This document shows, piece by piece, positions 38,935 to 49,319 of a stretch of 64,000 bases of DNA (its first letter is position 1; every line of letters starts with the position of its first letter). The notes below the pieces were generated by a model. The model ran no database searches. It saw only the letters and a program-made list of their open reading frames with translations, and was not told the origin of the DNA. The translations under genes and the position numbers were made by a program. Source of the stretch: Camelus ferus (Eukaryota); NCBI RefSeq assembly GCF_009834535.1, contig NC_045696.1, positions 106,704,001-106,768,000 on the forward strand, written 5' to 3'.

Positions 38935-39370
38935 AATTCTTGATCTTCAACAGAACTTGAGCTAACTTGAGCAAAAAGAGGGAATTTATTGGAAGACTGT
39001 TGGGTAGGTCACAAAATCTATAAAAAGCCTTGAACACTACACTTGAAAACCTGGCAACCAAGGCCACACTAGTGAATCTGCTAAGGACACCATTCTGGCA
39101 AAACTACTAACAGCCAGCTAGTCTGTGCCACTGGACTGTCCTGCCCCAGAAACTCACCTCTGTATTTCTGGACCTTTGGCTCCCTCAATGGCCCCAGTAA
39201 ACTCTCCCTGTGGCTTTGTTGTACTCACTGTCACCTTGGCTCAGACAGGATCATCTGATTGACTGAGCCTGGGATGCTCATGTTGTAGCTGTAAGCAAGC
39301 TGGTAGTAGAAAGATGTTTTTCTCCCTTGGGGTCTGTTTCCCACCTGTCTTGGGATTTCTCCCCAGAATA
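38935..39370 (-). mobile_element. Old MaLR LTR (MLT1-like)
   Basis: AACTTGAGCAAAAAGAGGGAATTTATTGGAAG and ATCTGATTGACTGAGCCTGGG motifs. Confidence 0.6.
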
Positions 39371-39414
39371 AGGCTATTTTGAGGCAGTAAAAAGAAAAAG
39401 AAAAAAAAGGTAAT

Positions 39415-40540
39415 CCAGGTGTATTACAAACCTAAATATGAAAGGTAAGACAGTAAGTCTTCTGGAAGACAATTTGTAAAAGTTTCTTCCTGACTTTGGA
39501 GCAGATACAGATTCCAAAACACAAGAAGCAGTAACCATAAAAATAGTTTGATAAGTTGGACTACAATAAAGTTAAGAACTTCTGTTCACTGGAAGATGTT
39601 ATATTGAGACTGAAAAGATAAGCCACAAAGAAAGAGAAGTAGAAGATATTTGAGGTATTTGCTATATATATATTCCATGTATATAAAATATAATACATAT
39701 ATATGTAAATAGTAAATATATGTATGCATATTAAACATATGTAAAGAACAAGTAAAAGAGAGACAAATATATATTTTAAATGAGCAAAGACTTGAACAGG
39801 TACTTCACAGAAGAGGATATCTAAGTGTTCCATAACATAAAAAGATATTCAACATCATTAGCCATCAGAGAAATGCCAGTTCAAACCATAATGAGATACT
39901 ACAATATATGTAAGAAAGGCTAACATGAAAAAGGCCGACAGCAGTAAGTGTTGACATAGCACCTGGAACACTCATATATTGCTGATGAGACTGATACAAC
40001 CACCATGTTGTAAAACAGCAGAATCTAACATACACCTATCTTAAAACTCAGCAATTTCACTCTTAGGCGTATAGCCAATGTTTGCAGATGTCCATCAAAA
40101 GACAAGTACATGAATGAGCATAGCGCCTTTAGAAGTTTTATTCATAATAACCCCAAACTGGAAACAACCTAATATTCATTAACAAAACATAAAAATAAAT
40201 TTTGGTATATTCATACAGTGGAATCCTGCTTGGCAACAGCTATACATACAATATGAGTTAATCTTACAGATATGATATTGAGCAAAAAAAAAAAATCAGA
40301 AACACAAGAGTACATACTATGTGATTTCAATGATGTGACTTCCCAAAACAAATGAAACTAATCTATACTCTTGGAGGTCAGAAGAATGGCTCCCTTTGGG
40401 GCGTTTGGGAGAAGTCAAAGGGAAATTTCTAGGGTCTTAAAATATTCTTAATCTTGACCTTGAGCTTTGTGCACTGGAGATTTGTGCAGTTGACCACGTG
40501 TTAGTTACAGTTCAATGAAAGTATTTTTAAAAGATTACTC
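39415..40540 (+). mobile_element. Old L1M end of ORF2 plus 3'UTR
   Basis: GCAAAGACTTGAACAGGTACTTCACAGAAGAGGATAT, CATCAGAGAAATGC, CCCCAAACTGGAAACAACC. Confidence 0.88.
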
Positions 40541-40660
40541 ACAAAAAAAAGCAAATGCTCTATTTGTTTGGTTTTATTAAATAAATATAGCTACATGGTA
40601 ATTATTAAAATAGGACATAAAAATCTGTAATGAAAATTGAGTCTCTTGTCCCAACTCTCC

Positions 40661-40800
40661 TTTTTTTTTTTTTGGTGGTGGTGGGGAGAGAGGTAATTAG
40701 GTTTATTTATTCATTTACTTTTTAGAGGAGGTACTAGGGATTGAACCCAGGACCTCATGGCTAAGCATGCACTCTACCACTTTGAGCTATATCCTCCCCC
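40661..40800 (-). mobile_element. tRNA(Ala)-derived SINE, camelid vic-1-like (long-tailed form)
   Basis: The reverse complement GGGGGAGGATATAGCTCAAAGTGGTAGAGTGCATGCTTAGCCATGAGGTCCTGGGTTCAATCCCTAGTACCTCC has A and B boxes, then a TAAACCTAATTACC tail and poly(A). Possible TSD TCCTTTTTT (40658-40666 / 40802-40810). Confidence 0.88.
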
Positions 40801-43469
40801 TTCCTTTTTTCTAATTGCTAGATTTAATTATTTAAAAATTATTTCTTCTTTGAATTCTTCTACCATAACTCTAAATATGTTTACACTTTAATTTCTTGAT
40901 TTATCTACTTTAGATAAGATATATGGATTTTTCACTATGAATAAAAGATTTGGATCACATACACAATTTCTCCCTTCACTACCCAACATATTATAATCTT
41001 ATTATATCTCTTCTTACATTATAACTTTAAATAAAATAATAAACTGTCATATCTTGTCCTGTCAACATTTGACAGTATCTCTCTACTACCAGTTTTATAA
41101 GATAAGGATAATAGCAGCTGACACTTTCTTTTATACTTTCTCCCCAATTCTACCTCCTTCCATCAGCTCACTTTTTTCATTGTCAGTGTTGCTAGGATTT
41201 ACATTTTGCCCTGCAATCACAAGCAAGTCTTCTGTGCTTTTTCCATAGGGTGACTCTAAAACATTATGCCATAAACATTATTAATATTACCACTACATAA
41301 ATATTGAACCCTGATGGTCCAAATAGTGGACTAGGAGTTTATTTCCTTCTCTGTAGACTCAATGCAATGATCACTGAGCTATCAGGTGAAAGATGCTCCT
41401 AGCATTAAGGTAAAAATAAGTGATTACACTCTACCAATTGCTTTAGAACCTGCCTCCTTATTCAGAGACCTAGGAGCTAAAAAGACTGTATTTCTTCTTC
41501 TACACCCGATTAACAATGATGAAACACAAATAAGGTAATCAAAATACAAACTTCCATTCAGTAAGGGGAAAACTGGGAGAATCAGCAGACGAAAATGTGT
41601 AGCAATCTTGAAATATTGTAGGTTAAGTGCTGCATGGACCAGACTCCTGGGGGTGCGGAAGGTTCCTGGTTCTGTGCTTGGGGAGGAGATGCCCATCCAC
41701 TTTTGTCCGAGGATTTTCCCTTCCCCTATCCTTCTTGGCTACATTTGAAGTGAGCACTGGAGAAAACGTCCTTAGTGTTTCAGCAGCTTTCTCAGCCCAC
41801 TACCCTCCATAGAATATTGGAAACCCAAGGGTTGACTTAGGTCTTTATTAACCCTTAATATTTTGGTCTAGCACATTTTGGAGAAGGAGGAAATAAACAG
41901 CTCTCTCAGAAATTTAGCCAGTTTCTTATCTATTTGATTTTAATTAGTATTGTATGCCAATACCTACACCCACAATTTCTTTTTTTAAAAAGCATGTTTC
42001 CTCCTATCTCATCCCCCCACCTGTCTTTCTCCCTCTCTTTCTCTTTCTTTGTCTCTCAATTTAAAAGTGAGTATCTTGAATCTAACAGCCTTCCTACCCT
42101 TGTCATCTTCTCTCTGAGTCATTTTAACCAACTGAAAGGATGTACTGGTAATCATAGTCTTGACTGGGTGTTTGTTCTGAGACATACACCATTCAGAGGT
42201 TAACAATGGGTGTGACAACCATGTGTTTTGATTTGCTTTACTCTTTTATGCTGTTTGCATTCCTCTTTGCCTGGGGATCTCTGTCCCTCTGTTTGTTCCA
42301 ACAGGAAAACTGATGGGAGGTTCTGAATGTGGTGGAGGGTGCTGGACCATTCCTACCTCACTTTAGGGAATTCCCTATCATTCCCAAAGGGGTTGATAAA
42401 TAAGAGATATAATAAAACGTTGTTCAAAATATGAAATTCTGCACCCAGAGCAGTAAAGACCATGCAGACAAGTGGGATTTGTGTCTATGGTCAAAGTAAC
42501 AGTAAAAATGCCACCTCTGATGTGGTCCCTGTTCCTCTGTGTTTCAGCTGGAGCCCTAGCTGCCCACTGGCCTCTGATTTAGGGCAGACAAGGAGGCAGA
42601 AAGGATAAAGATAGGCCAATAAGCTGAAGGATGGCTTGCTACTCTGGCCGTTCAACACAGCCATGTGAGAGAGAAAAGACATTGTGATAGAGTGGTTTTG
42701 TGCCAGGAATAACAGCCCAGAGAGAGCAGTGGGATTTTCAGGTTCTAGACACTGAAAAGAGACCCACTGTTTGGGAATAGCCTGGTGAGGACTCGTGCTA
42801 GTTTGTAAGACAACCAGAGATTGGATGGGGGTTGGGAATCTGTCAGGGTAAGGTGGTACATCATAGTAATCTCTCCACTCAGGAGCCAGGGGGAGGAAAT
42901 CTGCCCTCCCACGGGACACTGCTTTTGAAACCCAACACAGAATTTATAGGAAGTATCCTAATGGAACCAAAACACAACCACATGGCCAGACTCAAGGGAG
43001 GTGAGTAGAGTGGAGGGCGGTGGTGGGACTGGCCACTCTGTGAGGCTGGGATGGCAGTAACTCCATGAGCTGGATGGACAGCAGACTCTCTTCTGTGGAA
43101 CTGTGTCCAGAGGGAGTAGTATTTGAGCCCAAGGGACATGGCCAGCTCTTCTCCAATGAGAAAGGTATTATTGAGGAACAGTGATGGTTATCTCTAAGCA
43201 GGGATTGGTCCATGTCTTGAGGTAGAGAAACAAGTGTCTGCTTCCCAATAGGGGTGCTGGGAAATCCACCCAGCCTCTCAGGGCTGTGTGACAGTGTGGC
43301 GCATGGAGGGGACGGGGCTCTCCCAGGGCTATAAACTGCCTGGTGTGCAAAAAGCAATGGAATGGACTCAGACATGCTGTCTCTCACCTCCACCCCGACC
43401 CCTGCGGTGGAAGGGGGTGTGTCAAGTGTGGTCAGATGGGATTGTCACTGTCAGGACAGGAGGGAGGAA

Positions 43470-43832
43470 GAGAGTGAGAGCTTTGGGATCAGGCAGCCTG
43501 GTTCCAATTCCAGCTCCAGAACTTTCTGGTTCCATGGCTGTGGGCAGGTAGCTGAGGTCCTCTGGGCTTCCTGTTCTCCACCAGTAAAAAGCAGATAATG
43601 ATATTAGTACCAAAATCATTTCACAATATAGATAAGTATCAAATCTTCACATTGTGCACCTTAAACTTATATAGTGTTATATGTCAATTATGTCTCAATA
43701 AAGCTAGAAAAAAAATAACAGTACCTACATCCTAAGGATGTAGTGAAGGTTTACAAGAGACAATGAATGCAAAGTTCTCGGTATAATGTCTACCACAGAG
43801 TAAATACAAATTAAATGTCAGCTGTTATTAGT
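43470..43832 (+). mobile_element. MIR SINE split by a 103-bp L1 3' end (43612-43714)
   Basis: MIR head, then ...TGTCAATTATGTCTCAATAAAGCTAGAAAAAAA, then the MIR tail. Diverged TSD ATATTAGTACC (43601-43611) / ATAACAGTACC (43715-43725). Confidence 0.85.
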
Positions 43833-44280
43833 ATTTTCCCACAACTCCGTGGAGCTGCGTGTGTCCTGGGCTGAAGCAATGACAGGGTACTATTTTTAAT
43901 CAATTCATAGCTGAGAAGGAGATAGTTACTCTCTTGGTGTAGTAACACAGGTCAAGATGTCCTGTGGTTTTCAGATGTGCCCCTGGCTCACTGAGATGGC
44001 CTCCCCCAGTCTTCTCTCCCACACTCCCCATTCCTGGCAGAGGAAGACTAGGGCAGAGAATGGCCGACAGCCTTCTCTGGGGGCTGTGGCACAACTGGAG
44101 GTGGGAGCTGGGTGAAGAGGCTAGAGAAGGAGTTTGGGACTAAGGGGCTGTGGGAAAGGGAAACGACCCAAGGACAGGATCTATGAGTATGCTGAGTACT
44201 TGACATCTGAACGGGTGCCCACAGTGCCTGAGGAGAGGCCCTGAGCCTGTGAATGGTACACTGTGGCAGCCTGCCTCTGC

Positions 44281-44694
44281 CAGGGACAGTACTCAGAGGA
44301 ACAGCACTCAGAGGAACAGCACCCAGAGGACAGCACCCAGAGGAACAGGTCCCAGAGGAACAGTAACCAGAGGGACAGCACCCAGAGGGACAGCACCCAG
44401 AGGAACAGCACTCAGAGGAACAGCACTCAGAGGACAGCACCCAGAGGAACAGCACTCAGAGGAACAGCACCCAGAGGAAGAGGTCCCAGAGGAACAGTAC
44501 CCAGAGGAACAGCACCCAGAGGAACAGCACTCAGAGGAACAGCACCCAGAGGAATTGCACCCAGAGGAACAGCACCCAGAGGAACAGCACCCAGAGGAAT
44601 TGCACCCAGAGAACAGCACCCAGAGGAACAGCACTCAGAGGAACAGCACCCAGAGGAACAGCACCCAGAGGAACAGCACTCAGAGGCAGCCACC
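44281..44694. repeat. Minisatellite of 28 units, consensus CAGAGGAACAGCACY (15 bp)
   Basis: Units parsed by hand; three internal 14-bp variants and degenerate terminal units. Confidence 0.98.
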
Positions 44695-45139
44695 CTCTAC
44701 CAGGGTGGTCCCCAGGTTTTGTTACCCTGGGGTCTCAGAATGCAGTACCTGAGGCAAATCACTGATGGGACATTACTGTGGCTCTCATAGGACAGGTTAG
44801 TTGGAGTGTGGGTGGGTGGCTGCTCCTCTTCCCCAGATTCCTCCAACCACCTACGAGGATTTCTCTCAGGTGGAAGGCAGGTGGCAAAGAACCAGTATGA
44901 ACCAACATAGTATCTATGAAGTTACTGGATATACCTCCGCTTCCTTCCACATGAAAGGAACTCTGGCCAAGTTAACACGGGGAAAAGCACAATCAAGGGA
45001 GCCTAATAGGGAGTGGGGGCCAAGAAGGGAAGGCGTGAGTCACCTAGGGTGGGGACACTGGGCAGAGAGAAGGGCAAGCAGGAGTGAAACATGGTGGAGG
45101 GGGGAGTCTCCCAGGGAGGAGGGGGAGGGACCCCTGTCG

Positions 45140-45600
45140 CTGTGTGTTTCCTGCCGGTTGTGATTGGCAAACCCGTTAGCTTCTGGGCCTAATTTCTGAA
45201 GCAGCTGAGCTGCCTGGAACCACCATTGCTATTTATTTTCTCTGAGCCTTGTGTTTAAGGCGTGATGAAAAACAGCCTAACGGTCCAAGCACAACTGCCC
45301 TATATGAGAGACCATTAAGATAAAGTCCCGCGTAAGTGGCCCTAATAAAAGAAATTTATCACAAGACATGGAGAGGAAGGTGTCTTTATTCACTTGGTGA
45401 ATAACACCAGGCATTGTCAATGTAGCTTTTCAAGGCTCAGAAATTATCATTCATTCTCCAAATTACCAACTGCACAAAAATGACTAAATGGTGCGTTATC
45501 ACTCCCTCTCAGCGAGAGAATGTCTTTGTTTAACGTTTGATTACAAATGGCTTGCCTACGATTATCATCAATAAATCACAGGTAAGTGTTTCCATGGCTG
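45140..45600. promoter_or_regulatory. Candidate conserved developmental enhancer
   Basis: Repeat-free block with CCATTAA, TAAGTGG (NKX-like), CTAATAAAA (posterior HOX/CDX-like), CATTGT/CTTTGT (SOX-like) and ATAAATCA (PBX-HOX, antisense TGATTTAT, 45571-45578); several CpGs are retained. Confidence 0.55.
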
Positions 45601-45919
45601 GGACCGATGCAGAGAGACTTGATGAGCTACTGGGAGAAGGAAAAACAAAAAGTGGGCAAGAGCTGACACCTCAGGGAGGGCTGGACTTTCAGGACTGACT
45701 TTGTAGGGGGCCTGGTGGGGATACCTCGGAAGCAGAGCTCTGACTGTGTCGGTTCAAAGGAGGTGGTAGTTTTGCAGGGGTTTGAGGCTGTGCCTTCAGC
45801 CCCAAATGGTTTGGAGATGAAATTTTGGCTCTGAGGAAGAGAAGCGTTTGAGGAAGAAAGTACACAAAAGGGAGAGAGGGCTTACTCTGTGCAAGGAAGA
45901 GGGGACTTGGTATGAGACG

Positions 45920-46040
45920 AAGGGTGGGAGGAGATAGAGGAGGAGGAGGAGGGAGAGGAGAAGGGCGCATGGGAGGAGGAGGAGGGGATAGAGGAAGGCA
46001 GAGGGAGAGGCATAACGGGGGGGGGGTGGGGGAGAGGAGA
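45920..46040 (+). repeat. Purine-rich GGA/G-run low-complexity tract
   Basis: GGAGGAGGAG repeats, then G10-T-G5 at 46017-46032; explains the Pro-rich and Gly-rich ORFs. Confidence 0.9.
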
Positions 46041-46854
46041 CCCGGAGGAGCACCCCATCCCCAGCTTGTGTCTGTTCCTGCCCCGGTGGGTCCCTTGGCA
46101 CTTGCCAGAGGCCACATTCCCAGGTCCTCCTGCCAAGTCTCCAGCCCACCCTCTGTTGAGCCTTAGCCCTCAGCTGCTTTTGCTTGTCTCCTTGGTCCAC
46201 CAATTCCTATCACTCGACCCAGGTTTTGGGAGTCTGCTTATGTCTCCTCCACTTTCAGAATCTCCTTTAGGTCTTTCTTCTTCCTTTTCATTGATTCCCA
46301 CCCCTCCCTCTGCCCACCTCTCCACACATTTTTCTTGACTCTTCAGACATCTTGAAGCTTCAGGGGAGAAATTCTCTTCTACAGCCTGGCCCACCAAAAT
46401 CCCAGAAGTTGAGGTTTCTAATGCAGAGGGAGTTTTTAGCAGAACTGGGTGCAAGGTTGAGTGGGTTGTAAGTTCAATTCCATGACACCTGCAGTCCCTG
46501 TGGGTGAGCAGAGGGCATCCTTGTCTGAAGATGGGGATGATACAGGTGGAGAGCTGGCTCTGAAAAATCAGCCAGGCAGGGATGCCACTAACCAGACCAC
46601 AGAGGTTTTGGAAATTCTGCCGTGGGTTTAGGGGTACAGAAAAGGATAAAGCACAGCTTGCTCTCAGTACCTTGACCTCCTGGGAGGAGAACAGTTTGAG
46701 CAAAGGTAAGAAAATGCAAAGCAAGTAGGAGAGAGCGTGAGTCCATGCAGAGGGGTCACCCTAGGAAATTTTGAGAAAATAATGTCAACAAGACTGGCAG
46801 AGAGATTGGGACAGAATTTTAGGAGGCCTCAAAGGAGAAGTCATAAGTTTGGAT

Positions 46855-46948
46855 GGGGGGGGGTGTGGGTATAGCTCAGTGGTAGAGTGTGGTGCTTAGC
46901 ATTCACAAGGTTCTGCGTTCAATTCCCAGTACCTCCATTTTTAAAAAA
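46855..46948 (+). mobile_element. tRNA(Ala)-derived SINE, camelid vic-1-like (short form)
   Basis: GGGTATAGCTCAGTGGTAGAG (A box) ... GTTCAATTCCCAGTACCTCCA (B box) plus A tail. Perfect 10-bp TSD AAGTTTGGAT at 46845-46854 and 46949-46958. Confidence 0.92.
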
Positions 46949-47071
46949 AAGTTTGGATTTGATTATTTTGGTTATGAAGAACCCTTGAGAAGGGAGAAAA
47001 TGAAAGCAATGGAATTATGATCCCTATTGTTAGAAGGAGAGTGATAGCGAATGGCCCCATTCTCTGTTCTA

Positions 47072-47420
47072 TTATTTCATTCATTCATTCTTTCACTGAG
47101 CAGATATTTACTAAAGTCCTACTATGTGCCCAGCACTGTCAAGGTGCTATCCTGGGAAAGTAGAGACAGTCCTCATCTTCATGAATTTATGCCTCTGGAG
47201 GGAAATAAACAAATGAGACAATTACAGTGTGTAATAAGCACTATGGAGGAAATAAACAAGGATAGAGAGTAACTGGTGTGTGGAGAGATACTAATACACT
47301 GGTTACAGTGCTCAGGGTTTCACCTCTTTGGAGAGGTATAGTATTTGAACTAAGACTCTAAGGGTGAGAACAAAGAATTTCCCAAATGAACATTTCCAAG
47401 AAGGCATTTGAAGGACAGAG
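47072..47420 (-). mobile_element. LINE-2 3' fragment
   Basis: TTCATTCATTCATT...ATATTTACTAAAGTCCTACTATGTGCCCAGCACTG is the antisense L2 tail. Confidence 0.8.
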
Positions 47421-47799
47421 AGAGATGAAAGTTTCTGGCAATAATCCAGATGCAGTGATCAGCTTTGGACTCAGGCCCAACAGTGTGACTCAAGTGTCAA
47501 CAGGTTATTTGGGAAACAAAATTGAAAATGGAGAACTGGAATGAATCCTTTAACTCCTCACCTGAATCTGCTTACAGTGCCTCCAACTGGAGTGCCTGCT
47601 TGGCCACTGCTTTTTACCCAGGTCTCTCCAGATCTTCTTGGAACTGGGATGTTACCCATGTGGTTTCCTGGTGGCACAGTCATTTAGCAGAAGCTTCACC
47701 CTGATTCAGCGGTGCCTGCTGTTTGTCGGGCTCTGTTGTAAACGTGTTGCTCCCAGGTCTGGTTCGGGTTGTGCTGCAGATACTGCCAACCAGGACACC

Positions 47800-48620
47800 A
47801 GCTCCCATGGGACAATTATTTCACCAAATTAGCAAAATACAGACACCAAAGAACAAAAAGTCACTCTCTCTGTTTGCCACAAACATTTTATCTTAACCCT
47901 CTGCTTCTATTTGTGAAAATTTGCCTAAGTGTAATTTTACTTTCTTAATTTCAGAGATTGTTGAATTAAAGAATTTAATTAAGAATGGCCCGCTAGGTAA
48001 AATTAGAAGTGGCCTAAACTCTCTGGGAACTCTTGAGAATTTGACTTTGATGTTTCTGAGAAAGATAAAGGAACAAGAGAAACAGAAGGATGGAGAGGTC
48101 CAGGACCCTACAAAGAGTGAAGGAAGGGAAGAACCAGACTGTGAAAAAGAGACAAAGGGAGGTGGCTGCAGAGAAATACAAAAACGGTACAAAAGGGGGT
48201 GAGGGTGGAGGGAACAGAGATGGAGAGAGATGGAGCCAAGAATGGGGAAGGAGGGGTGGGCAGCAGCCCGGCTCCGTGTGAAGGGGCCGGTGTGGAGATT
48301 AAGATCTCTATCTGAGCTTGTGGCTGGAGCGATTACAGTGTATTAGGGTCCTGTCAGTGTTGACAAACACTGCCCCAATTAGGAATTAGTTCCACAAGGC
48401 ATCAGATAGCGAGGCTGCTGTTGACCTGTAAATAGATGGGCCCTCCGTTCCTTCTCTCTTATTCAAATAGGCGCAGCTGTTTCCTAAAACAGCCCGGGAA
48501 GCCCAGCCCTCCAAGGCTCCTCCTACAGCAGTCACCTGGGAGCATAAGTGAATATCAATCACTTGGTGTTCAAAGAAAAAAAAAAAAAGTTTTTAAAGAT
48601 CGGTTTCTGGTAAATGCAAG
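47800..48620. promoter_or_regulatory. Candidate conserved enhancer cluster
   Basis: TTAATTAA near 47975, inverted TALE half-sites CTGTCA (48351-48356) and TTGACA (48360-48365), two AATTAG, TGTAAATA (FOX, 48427-48434), ATCAATCA (PBX, 48554-48561). Confidence 0.5.
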
Positions 48621-49319
48621 TTCTTTCCCTCAGAATGCATGTTCAACAACCGTAAAAGGTTTTTTTCTCCATACATCTAGCATTCATCCCAAGACCCATC
48701 TTTTACCACTGGTTTCAGGGACATGTACGTACTGTCGAGGGGAAGTGCCTATTTCCTGGCCAACAGTCAGTAGGCAATTTTAAATTAATTGCCAAAGACT
48801 GGATCAAGAGGGCAGCTGAGCACACACTGTGGACTCAGCTCTCTCTCCCCAAATCTGTGGAAATAACTTCTTGGAAGGAAAATCCACAACCAGAGTGGAA
48901 AACAAGAGGTTTCATCAATGCATTCAAAACTAGGGGGAATCTCAGAGAGATGAAAGGCAGATGGAATCAGACAGAAGTAGGAAATGTCTGCAAAGGAGGA
49001 TGTGGCTGGTGGGGAAGCCTAAGTGTCCGGAGGCCAGATTATCAGAACAGGAGGGGCTGCTGGGTCCAGAGTGGGCGCCTCAGCTGGCAGGAGAAATGTC
49101 TTCAACTCCCCATCCCTCTCTCTTCTGTTAAGGCAGGCAACACATGGGGAGGAGGGGCTTCTAGCCAAAGAGGAAGGACAGTGCTTCAGGAGGCTGGTGC
49201 TCCCAGGGAGGTGCCAATATTCAGGAATCCATCTGCTGGCTCACACTGCCCAGCATGTGTTCCATGTCTCTCCAACAACCTTGAGAGGTCGGCTTTCGCC
49301 TATAGGCTAAAGGGAATCA

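Noticed and set aside
44281..44694. CRISPR-like array
   Set aside because: Units are directly adjacent with no unique spacers, there are no cas genes, and the DNA is mammalian.
44048..44790. Cys-rich SSGCC pentapeptide ORFs (keratin-associated-protein-like) and EEQHP/RGTAP/RNSTQ repeat ORFs
   Set aside because: All arise from the stop-free 15-bp minisatellite. The 14-bp units shift frame mid-array, several frames on both strands are open, and there are no KRTAP-like unique termini or gene cluster context.
45689..46203. Proline-rich and glycine-rich ORFs
   Set aside because: Translation artefacts of the GGA/G-run low-complexity tract.
46855..46948. tRNA-Ala gene (also 40725-40800 on the minus strand)
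   Set aside because: Disrupted anticodon arm and acceptor pairing, A-rich tails and TSDs indicate SINE copies rather than functional tRNAs.
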